The position numbers and the translations under genes are program-made. A stretch of 64,000 nt of DNA from a virus (taxonomy: Duplodnaviria > Heunggongvirae > Uroviricota > Caudoviricetes), in the IMG/VR virus record IMGVR_UViG_3300038393_000804, positions 19,598-83,597 of that record. One strand, given 5' to 3'. Positions 48,401-56,068 of this stretch are shown piece after piece; positions within the stretch are counted from its first letter, which is position 1, and each line of letters opens with the position of its first letter. The notes under the pieces were generated by a model, which did no database searches, was not told the DNA's origin, and saw only the letters and a program-made list of their open reading frames with translations.

Positions 48401-48632
48401 CTATTGTATCCTTGAACTTAGCATTACGGGCTAAAGCACTAATCCCCATGCTGCCAATTGTTCCAGTGAATTCTCCAACAGAACGTAATCCTGACCCTAT
48501 TTGACTACGGTATCGCCAGCCAAGAGCACCTGCTCCAATAACACCAGCGACTCCAACAGCCATTCCAAGACCTGAGTGGTGCTGCGGGCCTTGTTGTTCA
48601 TCATATTGTCTTATTTGTCTTTCGTCAGCCAC
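42486..48632 (-). CDS. Tape-measure-like or ejected protein (2048 aa) with hydrophobic segments, a Gly-rich linker and a degenerate SNase-like domain
   Basis: First gene after the tail chaperones (canonical TMP slot). N-terminal GLGMAVGVAGVIGAGALGW, later IIGAAQGAGIGWLF...VGAIIGGAAS; VTRMIDATTF...IRLAGVD. Confidence 0.6.
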   Translation of the reverse strand: MADERQIRQYDEQQGPQHHSGLGMAVGVAGVIGAGALGWRYRSQIGSGLRSVGEFTGTIGSMGISALARNAKFKDTIEDIGAFGKALNHAMDGRSIFSHMGNPSRFEDRFQQSLQHSIEARGRMAGVPFGGHDLEFETQVEELRTRMAQLHNKVLENQRINYVEQELGQKHSWLNFEKDFGSHLTGYGSSWMHGNNLSHQSVSTFVDHVLENNKALADKLHANKMSREDFVDSVHETLDRYKTRHSAGFNEGGRKKAYRDALSKNKHNMWNDFIAQNRKKRNAFNEKVMANNGYRLATVEDIAMHKNGNLFDFRLRSKPKRFGQPHIDTRLSSKVNKMMEMDPRFRDLAVDRHVWINNRGEFLDNRWMAHGAVNFADNFRRSVQIPFLRFNPLDLLHFTTWEGMREAPKIAFRNMGTIDPALHGAVKEYAHPHAHNQDAAVGVLARNYMQTSNGNLYDLTTGDLVKQDVYQASGRFGMVPRALAGMANLHTQEYTYKEGFLGSLQKLFDVGKQETEPSYKRIISAFTKFDNPEWGRNLHSSLYNWKYQTGGSELHPEDVYKLMFSQLEAKSSALSDDTVNYIGQYVKNAYGNIGVDITKLYSPEETMDALGKINQAMLTRNSDIAKISTKADGTMEGLDKFINDTWLKYANDRQAFLRNKRVRPNNAMYVPEWMSALDMQDTQMIDKVDDVKRLIHMHALRQLEHATGDGQKITVASLVQKGIDEGVLHKDSLKEVRDLESLSTMRQWWDDVYKGRPEDKATALADFTDRVLDPGDALSHTTQAAMKDMNPLLAMGPGQEPPQYFGFVNNLSMNKAKGYRWALENYNKTISEGGDALDAVFSSAKGVFGQFFAGRKNIGDVTTATLFPYYYAERLDNAVSYVGLGLSQKNRGSFQSILANQFLRRIVMPYVAYQQLQWADGVLGDQPSDTAASTYVNMRTDVQWLKEFAGLNDIGRQWSRVFTGADQLAETPFFRAFNMATFGVFGDNRSGEDEQYYWEHGEDPVRKGRFWSIGSGTPYTGGRIDRYEPNWYRKMRSDYKFTDTLYGSEDEYYANAWFPTLTHPLAPLNHFLLDPYHWENKHREDRPYPETGGFSELQQIPLIGSAVDNTVGRILKPRLKDDRLRKAHREYLEELNANIAAQYDQMAMGGYLQGMPAGGTGLLQDSEVTEADYAVDGSPMGAGGGSGSGGGAGGVSYGIGGGRGSRGATGASRQQIALVNAAMADIGGPALGVTGKNIRSVTSLEDLRDPDIIENLHDIGDMYSIGGNFRDSVYSATEIGGIYGFLSKSAIGWDESGRGMVLDTSNRMTSYQRAWWDNELGGLGGGLSEIFRRYLPRDPNKNYWNPIRNRMPYWMPGADYFVDFQHGDPYVKVPHGEMRLPGAAYETLYKLHPDAFGEYGAFDRYRILSDVAPYSQQFKFYKAIVSKMNGAGMLDDAEKKEYAEIREQTAAKKAKYRFYDRQFTKGKADVDYQTVHVTRMIDATTFMTKEHPFNPIRLAGVDIKADDQASQEWLQQYVHEGATLRIATDADPLNQVRDDTYQTIRAVVYNPVEGNLNFKLANRKEGGFMGLGGRYVASTHNDGTATSTNALYSNDMITVGKMWEWTTHDLLPNLPIVGTIADKFLQVRSPLEMYKRQEIYGKAWRPWTAPWSGWIQPMLDQMASNNPIIGAAQGAGIGWLFTKAGARVWGTHVGAIIGGAASTIRVFSEHFKKLTSSDPDETWIPERRRKERDINEYFDMLRYMKYHGLYEKARHEAIVREGVDVEDLMQDNKERGQKNKGKRKVLESTKKWLSLSKKLGYGDREAADEHLDSIQGELDKIDADRPLRKLGPMSMLALRYKSEYESTLYGADENGDMTKIFRALPNKDREFFQEFMKASPSEREEILRLVPKNERRFFQAKWGLKVDKKESVDSYFKTHYLPGAGWSGWQADVSLENYKVKMIKNEGLELTEFGDWGDDEKRAEQSHANVLPMNSISAAIDVGRIERVLAGAGLHDVSVTMETTHGQGENRIGLAMDILKDRSNDIIQEINNNLGGLISAGGARPSNG

Positions 48633-48646
48633 GTACTACACCTCGC

Positions 48647-49195
48647 TTATCCCATTGGAGGAAACCCTGGAGCTTGGTTCTGTTGTTCCTCCCTTTGAAT
48701 AGTTACTCCTCTTAAGTTCTCTAATGTCCATTTGGCTCTTGAGTAATACCACAACATCTTCTCAAACTGCCAATTCTCTATCTCTTCAAGAGAGATGTCT
48801 GGGAATGCTTCCTTGATAATGCATGAAATCTGATTATCGAATGTCTGCATATCCATTTCTAGTTTTAGTATTTTTGCGTCAAGCTCTTTTATTGTGAGCG
48901 TGAATCCAGATTCTTTCAGAATATTCTCTGTCAATGTCTCTGGAATACCAGCGTACATTTCTTCGCCCCAGTCATCTATCTCTGGGAATAGAACGCAACA
49001 GCGGCAAACATATTCAGCACGGTCAAAGTCATCTTCATACCATTCCATTGCCTTCTTATATTCTGCCCTTGTCATTCCACGCCAGATGAATGCCATGTCC
49101 TCAATCTCCGTAGAGTAGACATTGCCATAGAACTCTTCTTTCCAATGCTCTATCATCAACTTAAACTGTTCATCCATTAAGACTTCTTCGTTCAT
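48647..49195 (-). CDS. Tail assembly chaperone paralog with a C-terminal extension (gpGT-like)
   Basis: FIWRGMTRAEYKKAM...VCRCCVLFP...GIPETLTENILKESGF aligns with the upstream gene; extra C-terminal FPDISLEEIENWQFEKMLWYY. Confidence 0.7.
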   Translation of the reverse strand: MNEEVLMDEQFKLMIEHWKEEFYGNVYSTEIEDMAFIWRGMTRAEYKKAMEWYEDDFDRAEYVCRCCVLFPEIDDWGEEMYAGIPETLTENILKESGFTLTIKELDAKILKLEMDMQTFDNQISCIIKEAFPDISLEEIENWQFEKMLWYYSRAKWTLENLRGVTIQREEQQNQAPGFPPMG

Positions 49196-49213
49196 ATCTT
49201 TCCCTCCTCAATG

Positions 49214-49243
49214 AAAAAAGGAGAGAGCAGTTCGCCCCCTCCC
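49214..49243 (-). terminator. Intrinsic terminator between the two chaperone genes
   Basis: GGAGGGGGC-(GAACT)-GCTCTCTCC stem with G:U pairs, followed by TTTTTT. Confidence 0.75.
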
Positions 49244-49258
49244 GTGTAGGTCTGGTTA

Positions 49259-49735
49259 TTAGAGTTTCATAGCTCCAGTCTTAGCTTGGAAGCCTGACTT
49301 CTCCATGATTAATTCAGCAAGTAGAGTTGGGATACCAGCTTTACCAGCAGTCATTGCCATGAAGTTATATCCTTGTGGATAAAGGATACATGCTTCGCAG
49401 ATACGCTCTTCTTTATAGAAAGAATCCGCATTTTGTACCTTCATTACTTGCTTGTATTCTTTACGAGTAATCGGTCTCCATAAGAAAACTTCTTCCTCGA
49501 ATTCTGTTAAATAAACTTCGTCTTTGAAACGAGATTTCCACTCTTCAACTTGCGCAAGAGCAGGGCCACCTGGGAATAAAAGCTCTTCTCCGTTTGGTCC
49601 AAGCAATTCCTGTGGAATAGAAGTTTCTGGAGCCTCTGGAGCAGCAGGTGCTTCTGGTGCTGGCACTGAGCTTTCTACTTCTTGTTCTTCCATTGCTTCT
49701 ACTACTTCTTCTTTAACAGTTTTCTTTGTAGCCAT
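49259..49735 (-). CDS. Tail assembly chaperone (gpG-like, 158 aa)
   Basis: Between the tube genes and the TMP-like gene; FLWRPITRKEYKQVM...ICEACILYP...GIPTLLAELIMEKSGF. Confidence 0.75.
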   Translation of the reverse strand: MATKKTVKEEVVEAMEEQEVESSVPAPEAPAAPEAPETSIPQELLGPNGEELLFPGGPALAQVEEWKSRFKDEVYLTEFEEEVFLWRPITRKEYKQVMKVQNADSFYKEERICEACILYPQGYNFMAMTAGKAGIPTLLAELIMEKSGFQAKTGAMKL

Positions 49736-49758
49736 TTTCTTTTCCCCCTATGATTCTA

Positions 49759-50532
49759 TTAATATTTTGCTGTTACATTGCCATCCATGTCTCTGGCAAT
49801 AAAGGTATATTGCTCTTGAACTGGGTTGCCGTCTCCCCCAATGATTTGACTGACTCCAGTTAATTGAACACCAACTAGTGAATGCGCTGATTCAGGAGCG
49901 TTCATGCCCCCGACCTCATTCATTGGGCCATAAGAGATAAGAATGTTAAATCCATGGTCCATTAATTGTTTTTGAGAATCTTTGCTGTATGTTGAAGCAC
50001 CAGATTCGTCTGTCCCTGTTTTAAACTCTGGATAGAAGTAACTGTTCTGTGGACGATTCTTTGTGTCACTCTTAATGTCGGCGTTCTTTGTGTCGCCCCA
50101 TAATGACTTTTCAAATTCGTCAGCAATGTCATCAAAGTTCTTATTGTCCACTTGCTTCATGAGGGCTTCGATATCAAGTCCTTTTTTCCAAGTCTCTTTC
50201 GAGAATCCTGATGAACTACCCGCCTTCATTTCTGAAGTTAAGCTATTCAGCACTTGTTGTAAATAGTAACTTTCTTTAAAGTTGATAGAAAATGAACCTT
50301 GAATGTAACGGTTCCCCCGTGCTACTTTATCCCATGTATAAGAAGCATATCCGAAGATAGGTGCCACCTGTTCCTGTAATGTAAACTGAAGACTAGTAAT
50401 CTCGTCTACCCATATGTCTCCAAAATAGATTCGGATATCCGCGCCGCTGAAATACTCCGAACTGAATCTGCGATACTCAGTTGAAGAGTTTGCGCCATAG
50501 CTATATCCAAATACGCGTCTTCCATCTGCCAT
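49759..50532 (-). CDS. Tail tube-like paralog 3 (257 aa), possible tube initiator
   Basis: FSGADIRIYF...EQVAPIFG...RGNRYIQGSFSINF...YTFIARDMD shared with the other two paralogs. Confidence 0.7.
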   Translation of the reverse strand: MADGRRVFGYSYGANSSTEYRRFSSEYFSGADIRIYFGDIWVDEITSLQFTLQEQVAPIFGYASYTWDKVARGNRYIQGSFSINFKESYYLQQVLNSLTSEMKAGSSSGFSKETWKKGLDIEALMKQVDNKNFDDIADEFEKSLWGDTKNADIKSDTKNRPQNSYFYPEFKTGTDESGASTYSKDSQKQLMDHGFNILISYGPMNEVGGMNAPESAHSLVGVQLTGVSQIIGGDGNPVQEQYTFIARDMDGNVTAKY

Positions 50533-50550
50533 AGCCTTTACCTCCTATCC

Positions 50551-51132
50551 TCACTTTCCAGTTAAACCATTGGGTGTCATTAAGTCAATATCCATTGCGA
50601 GATATTGCATAGTATTTTCTGTAATCATATCTTCGATTGACATGGTTTGTCCTTCAGTAAGAATGTGACAGCCATAGATATGAAGTACAGAGCTGTTACC
50701 GTATTCATTCATGAAGGTAACTGTGATGTCAAACGGCGGCATCTCATCTGTTTTCATGTCCTTGCTCATCTCAGTAATCTCATCAGCTGTAATACCAAAT
50801 GTATTGCTACCCTGATAACTCTTCATGACTTCTTTTAATACGTGTCTGTCGAATACCGTAAATATCAAGGAGCCAGCGATTGTACGTTGTCCTCTTACTA
50901 CTCCTTTAGGATTTATTCTACCTAGGGAGTATACAGGAGTGGTAGGTCGGTAAATACTATAAGAGATGGTTTGCAGTTCACCAAACACGATAGGCTTTCC
51001 GCCCATTGGCGTAATGCTTGTGACAATGTCTGCACCAGAGAATGAAGTAGAAACACTCTTGTAATTATTGAAGTAAGCAGAGGCTGGAATCGCCAATTGC
51101 TTGTCGCTTGGTGGATTATAGTTGATAGGCAT
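50551..51132 (-). CDS. Tail tube-like paralog 2 (193 aa)
   Basis: SFSGADIV...GELQTISYS...RGQRTIAGSLIFTVFDR...DEMPPFDITVTFMNEYG. Confidence 0.8.
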   Translation of the reverse strand: MPINYNPPSDKQLAIPASAYFNNYKSVSTSFSGADIVTSITPMGGKPIVFGELQTISYSIYRPTTPVYSLGRINPKGVVRGQRTIAGSLIFTVFDRHVLKEVMKSYQGSNTFGITADEITEMSKDMKTDEMPPFDITVTFMNEYGNSSVLHIYGCHILTEGQTMSIEDMITENTMQYLAMDIDLMTPNGLTGK

Positions 51133-51151
51133 ATTGTTTACCTCCTAATAG

Positions 51152-51177
51152 TAATAAAGGGCCGCCGAAGCGACCCC
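51152..51177 (-). terminator. Intrinsic terminator after the major tube gene
   Basis: GGGTCGC-TTCG-GCGGCCC followed by TTTATT. Confidence 0.75.
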
Positions 51178-51184
51178 TCAATAA

Positions 51185-51790
51185 TTATACGTTCCAAGGC
51201 TCAGCGTAAGCGTCAGAAGTCATGTCGTCAATACCACGAGCAATGAAAGTACAAGCCTTTTCAGTTGTGATATCGTCAACACTTAAACCCATTCCTTCGT
51301 TAAGGATTTCCACTCCGAATAGAGTCATCTTAGAAGACTGTCCGTATTCGTTAAGGAAATTGATTGTTACATCAAATGGAGGAATTTCGTCAGAGTACTT
51401 AGGAGCTTTCTTTTCAGCCCATTTTCCAGGTACGTCAGACTGGCTCATGTTGATATCGCCAACGTTAGTTAATTGACTACCATCAAAGTTACCAGATTGA
51501 GTAGAGTTTAATCCTTCACGGAAAACAGGGTTGTCAGTAGTTTTCATAGTATGTAACGCATCACGGTCAAATACTGTGAATACTAAAGAACCAGCGATAC
51601 CGCGCTTTCCACGGCTGAAAGACTTCGGATTTGGGTCGCCCATTACATAGATTGGAGCTTTCTCACGAGTAACAGAGTAAGTGATAGCTTGAAGCTCTCC
51701 TACTACTTTACCATTGAAAGTCGCAATAATGTCGGCACCAGAGAACGAAGTGTACGTTTTTGTGTAAACAGATTGAGTAGAACCTGCCAT
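51185..51790 (-). CDS. Major tail tube protein (201 aa)
   Basis: Directly after the sheath; SFSGADII...GELQAITYS...RGKRGIAGSLVFTVFDR...DEIPPFDVTINFLNEYG; followed by a terminator. Confidence 0.8.
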   Translation of the reverse strand: MAGSTQSVYTKTYTSFSGADIIATFNGKVVGELQAITYSVTREKAPIYVMGDPNPKSFSRGKRGIAGSLVFTVFDRDALHTMKTTDNPVFREGLNSTQSGNFDGSQLTNVGDINMSQSDVPGKWAEKKAPKYSDEIPPFDVTINFLNEYGQSSKMTLFGVEILNEGMGLSVDDITTEKACTFIARGIDDMTSDAYAEPWNV

Positions 51791-51817
51791 TTTGTTTCCT
51801 CCTCTAGATTAGGGATT

Positions 51818-51837
51818 GCCTGGTTAACCCACCAGGC
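51818..51837 (-). other. Intergenic stem-loop GCCTGGT-GGGTTA-ACCAGGC without a U-tract
   Basis: Perfect 7-bp inverted repeat between the sheath and tube genes. Confidence 0.6.
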
Positions 51838-51862
51838 GAGGGATATACAACCTACCTCTTAA

Positions 51863-53353
51863 TTAGTTAAGAGAGTAAGGAGGTTTTAAAGCAACGTTTA
51901 CAGTAATACGCTTAAGCTCGAAAGCAGGGATTAACTGTAAAGTAACAGTAGCTTCAGATAAAGTACCGCCAGTAGCAGTAACAGTGAAGCGGTAGTCCAT
52001 GATAGCTCCCTGATTCTTCATTGACTCAAGACCAGCTTTGATTGTTGCGTTAAAGCTGTTGTATTGAGGCATACGGTTTGGTTCACCGATGAATGGCTCA
52101 GTAAGGTCACGGATTAACTGTGTAGCAGCCTGAGTGATACGTAGAGTAGAAAGACGAGCAAAGTCAGAAGACTGCTTCAATCCACCAAGTACGTAATCAG
52201 GAGCAGTTGTGCAACCGTCAGTTACAACGATTTGGTTTCCTTTCAAGCGGAATGTCACGAACTTGTTACCAGTTAAAGAGTTTAATTGGCGAAGAGACAA
52301 GTTGTAACGGATACCAGCAACGCCGTATACACGCTTGTTAGTTGGAGCAGATTCTGCACGCAACGTAGATACAAGAGCAGCGTAAGTTACAACGCCGTTA
52401 GTGTAGTAAATGTCAGACTTGCCAGGTAGTAAGTAACCTAACTCAGGCATAGCCACAACAGATACATAACCGCTGTACTCGTTAGAGATACCAGTTAGCA
52501 AGTCAACTTGTGTCTTAACTTGTGCTAAAGTGTTTCCAGCAGGAGCAGAAGTTCCAACATAAGCGATAGTTGCGTTGTGGTTTAACGTTTGGCTTTCTGC
52601 AAATTGACCAGCAAGTAACGCATAGTTACCAGTAATCTTTTGTACAGCAGCACCAGCAGCTAAAGTACCAGCGTTAGTTCCAGTTGCAGTTGAGAAGGCA
52701 ACGTCTTGAGAAAGAACTAGCTTTCCGCCAACGATTTGAGCTGTCATGTCGATACCAGCAGCATCAATCTCAGCTTGAACTTCAGCAAGGTAAAGGTCTT
52801 GAGTTGCATAAGAACCAGCCTTTAAAGTCATAGTCTGAGTACCGATTTTGATAGTGTCGTTAGTGCCAAGAGTTACTGTGATTGGGAACGTTAAAACAGA
52901 CGCACCAGTAACAGAGTAAACTTGCTTAACACCTTCAGAAGTAGCAGGCATAGAAGCCAATGTAACTTCTTTGTCAGCATAAACGCCAACAAGAGCAACG
53001 TGGTCTACAGTGAAGTCAGCTAAGATACCGAACATTGCATCTTGAACATTCAAGAATTTTGTAGCATCGTCAGCACCTGTAAGAGCCATCAAGTAAATGC
53101 GGCGGCATCCACCTTCGAATGCAGCTTTCCAAGCAGCAGCAATTGGGTTAACTACGCCACCAATAACAAATGTTCCGAAGCCCATAGTATCTAGGTCAGA
53201 AGACTGACGTACTAAAACTGGCTCAGTAGGAGCATCTACTACTAAAGATGGAGCAATGATAAGCAATGACTGTGTGCTTGTGTCCTCAGGTAAGATTAAT
53301 CCACCGTCGGCGATTTGAACTTCAATTCCTGGTAGATTTGGATATTGTGCCAT
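51863..53353 (-). CDS. Major tail sheath protein (496 aa)
   Basis: N-terminal YPNLPGIEVQIADG; C-terminal TDGCTTAP...SDFARLSTLRI...PFIGEPN...LQLIPAFELKRITVNV; codon use typical of a highly expressed gene. Confidence 0.88.
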   Translation of the reverse strand: MAQYPNLPGIEVQIADGGLILPEDTSTQSLLIIAPSLVVDAPTEPVLVRQSSDLDTMGFGTFVIGGVVNPIAAAWKAAFEGGCRRIYLMALTGADDATKFLNVQDAMFGILADFTVDHVALVGVYADKEVTLASMPATSEGVKQVYSVTGASVLTFPITVTLGTNDTIKIGTQTMTLKAGSYATQDLYLAEVQAEIDAAGIDMTAQIVGGKLVLSQDVAFSTATGTNAGTLAAGAAVQKITGNYALLAGQFAESQTLNHNATIAYVGTSAPAGNTLAQVKTQVDLLTGISNEYSGYVSVVAMPELGYLLPGKSDIYYTNGVVTYAALVSTLRAESAPTNKRVYGVAGIRYNLSLRQLNSLTGNKFVTFRLKGNQIVVTDGCTTAPDYVLGGLKQSSDFARLSTLRITQAATQLIRDLTEPFIGEPNRMPQYNSFNATIKAGLESMKNQGAIMDYRFTVTATGGTLSEATVTLQLIPAFELKRITVNVALKPPYSLN

Positions 53354-53385
53354 CCAATTTTCCTCCTTTAAAATAGTTTAGAAGA

Positions 53386-54003
53386 TTAACCATTCGAAAA
53401 TGGGATGCTTCCATTTATAGAGCTATCTGACTGATTACCAATGGTAACCTCGCCAGTAACTTTCGTAATTACATCGCTGCGCACTTCATTGAGGTGTTCA
53501 AATCTTACAAAGTATTCAATCTGACGGGAGACAAGGTCATCCTTCCAAGCTGAGTTGGTATCGTTAGAGAATCTTTGGAAGATAACTTCTTTTACTCCCT
53601 GACTCTTAATAAAGCCAGTGTACATATCCAAGAAGTCCATGAATCTAGTAGCCACCTTGCTTGCCTTGGTGTTGTTCTCTTCCCAGATTTCAAAGACCAC
53701 ATTAGCATCAAGAATGCGTCCAAATATTTCAATGGCAGTGGATGGGTCATCCTCAGGGAAAATAGTTTCACGAAGACGTGGCTTAATTTCCTTTGTATCT
53801 CTGCCAATCTGACCTGGCCTCATTTCTACTAGCTTATATGTAATAATAGGAGTCTTTACATTTGCTGGGTCTGTCCCATTTGGGAAAGCCTCGCAAAATG
53901 TGCCCCAATCAGGTCCCCATGCGGCGCTTAACAATCGGAAGATGATGTCTGTGAATCCTTCAAAGTCACAGGACTTCTGAGCTTGCAATCTTGGATTCTC
54001 CAT
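53386..54003 (-). CDS. Tail terminator or completion protein (205 aa)
   Basis: Position between neck and sheath; PIITYKL...DANVVFEIW...RQIEYFVRFE pattern of tube-terminator folds. Confidence 0.6.
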   Translation of the reverse strand: MENPRLQAQKSCDFEGFTDIIFRLLSAAWGPDWGTFCEAFPNGTDPANVKTPIITYKLVEMRPGQIGRDTKEIKPRLRETIFPEDDPSTAIEIFGRILDANVVFEIWEENNTKASKVATRFMDFLDMYTGFIKSQGVKEVIFQRFSNDTNSAWKDDLVSRQIEYFVRFEHLNEVRSDVITKVTGEVTIGNQSDSSINGSIPFSNG

Positions 54004-55523
54004 TAGTACGTCACCTCACGCGGGAATGTTAATGTCGTAACAGAACTGATAGCTGTTATTTCAGAAATAGGAGTAAATGATACCTCTATAGTGAGCGATG
54101 TGTTGTTGTCAGTAAGACTATAGTCTATGCCATAATTCTTAATGACGTTTGCAGTTTGCAGGTCACTGAGAAGTGACTTGGCTCCATCTATCGCATTCTT
54201 CACAGACAATATGGTATACTCGCTACCAATCAATGAATCTACTTCATTTGCAATGGCAGAAGAGATATGCTGAGAGATGCGAACATTGTGAGGTCTGGAT
54301 GTTGCCGCCGTCGAATCCTTTGAATAAGAGTTCGAATAGAACGGAACAAAACCTCTACGAATAGATGGTACAATACATGTATAACCATTACCCGACAACA
54401 ATGCAACATCTTCTTTAGATAATGCAAAATTTAAGTTCCTTATTCCATAAATAGCCTTATTTGACATCATGGTATTGTACGGCAACATGGCTTGAATTGC
54501 ACCGAATGCATAAGCACACGATACGGATTCCCCATTGCTTTCAGGGTAAGTGGTGTGTCCAACAATCACCTGAACATACTTGTAAGCTTCAGTATCAGCC
54601 AATGATTCTGTTAGGGATACAAGGTCTAGTGCTCTTTGATGAACATCATCATCTGCATAGAGGTTTCTTGTACCAATAACACCGATACATCCTACTTCCA
54701 TTTCAAGTGTCTTATTCATACAGAATGAACCCAGCATCTCTGTAATCTCTGCGTCATCATCGTGGAACATATCTACAAGAACAATGATTCCGTATTGCAT
54801 AGAGGCTAAATCCCCGTATGGTAATCTACCTGCTACATTGTCTGGGTCTTCTCCAAACAAAGCATTTGCAAGCTTAGCCTTTAAGGAAATCATTAAGCTG
54901 CCGCCATCTGCATTTAAGTCTGTTGGATTTGCATAGCTTAAAGATGATGGGTCACGTTCAAACACAAAGTTTGCTTCATCGTCACCATCTGTAAAGACAA
55001 CGTTTGTCTCTGTGCTAACAGCATTCATCATAGGAGCATACTGGTTGATTAACTCTGCATTGAATTCAATAAGGCCATAATAAGCGTCTCTATTGAGTCC
55101 ATACACTAAATCATCTACAGTAGGGTACTTATCAAACCAGTAACTACGTGATGTAGCTCCGTCTGTATTCACTACAGTCAAATGGTCTGGATAAAGTACT
55201 ACATGAATGTCATCATAGTAATCTGCCGCGGACACTGTCTTTAAAGAGAATAGTTCATTCCCATTCTCATCCTTTACAGTAGCCACTGAATGGATTCCAT
55301 TAATGCGGTAGGCAACAACACGGCTAGCACCAGCTCTTCTGGCTGCAGAATAGGCATGGGCAAGAGGAGAGAATCCTAATGCCACATATGGGTCTACATT
55401 CTCATAGAGTTGGAAGGGGACGTTCGCTGGGCCGTCCAGAGCCGTGCCAACCAAAACAACAGTTGTTTCTGGAGCGATATTCACTTGGTTTACAATAGAG
55501 AAATGTTCTAATGTTGTACTCAT
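54003..55523 (-). CDS. Second, divergent tail-sheath-like protein (506 aa)
   Basis: VLVGTALDGP...AARRAGASRVVAYRING at the N-terminus and RPHNVRI...LIG...LTIEVSFTPISEITAI at the C-terminus mirror sheath motifs. Confidence 0.7.
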   Translation of the reverse strand: MSTTLEHFSIVNQVNIAPETTVVLVGTALDGPANVPFQLYENVDPYVALGFSPLAHAYSAARRAGASRVVAYRINGIHSVATVKDENGNELFSLKTVSAADYYDDIHVVLYPDHLTVVNTDGATSRSYWFDKYPTVDDLVYGLNRDAYYGLIEFNAELINQYAPMMNAVSTETNVVFTDGDDEANFVFERDPSSLSYANPTDLNADGGSLMISLKAKLANALFGEDPDNVAGRLPYGDLASMQYGIIVLVDMFHDDDAEITEMLGSFCMNKTLEMEVGCIGVIGTRNLYADDDVHQRALDLVSLTESLADTEAYKYVQVIVGHTTYPESNGESVSCAYAFGAIQAMLPYNTMMSNKAIYGIRNLNFALSKEDVALLSGNGYTCIVPSIRRGFVPFYSNSYSKDSTAATSRPHNVRISQHISSAIANEVDSLIGSEYTILSVKNAIDGAKSLLSDLQTANVIKNYGIDYSLTDNNTSLTIEVSFTPISEITAISSVTTLTFPREVTY

Positions 55524-56056
55524 CCAGCTAGTCCTCCTTCTGCCGCTATCTCATAGTTAATGATTCCATTTACATTGGCGATTCTAATTCCTCTTATTTG
55601 CTTCTGCACAGGTTGGTCTTTGCACAGTATTTTTTGGAAGGCAATCTCACCATGCTCAAACGCTTTCCTGTCCACGTTCTGCACTTCAAAGATTCCACCG
55701 CCATTGTAGATAGGCTTGCCTGTACTTGACCAGTCAACTTCTATAATCAAGCACTGTTCTTTTACTCGTGCATCATGCTTCATATAATACTGTCTTCCTG
55801 TTACGTTCATCTGTCCGATTTGTCCATCCTGCACAGCCATTGCTAATGAGTTAACAGGCCCAGTGTATTGATTCCGTGCTGTATGTTTTTCTACAGTTGG
55901 AACAAAGCCCATACCAAAGCAAATAGGGCATAGGCGGTCTGCTTCCTGCTTCTTTTCATTCCAGCAAGAGCAACGTAGCTTCGCATCTGTTCTAACCAGT
56001 AAGATATCACTACCGTACTGTGCAAGTATCTGTTCAAATTCATAGCGTAAATCCAT
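55520..56056 (-). CDS. Head closure or stopper protein (178 aa) with a CxC...CxxC motif
   Basis: Follows the adaptor; FEQILAQYGSDILLVR...RCSCW...LCPICFGMGF. Confidence 0.65.
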   Translation of the reverse strand: MDLRYEFEQILAQYGSDILLVRTDAKLRCSCWNEKKQEADRLCPICFGMGFVPTVEKHTARNQYTGPVNSLAMAVQDGQIGQMNVTGRQYYMKHDARVKEQCLIIEVDWSSTGKPIYNGGGIFEVQNVDRKAFEHGEIAFQKILCKDQPVQKQIRGIRIANVNGIINYEIAAEGGLAG

Positions 56057-56068
56057 GTGTTAGCCCCC

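Noticed and set aside
49259-49330. Programmed -1 frameshift at the end of the first chaperone
   Set aside because: No convincing slippery heptamer; the next gene is a full paralog with its own SD beyond a terminator.
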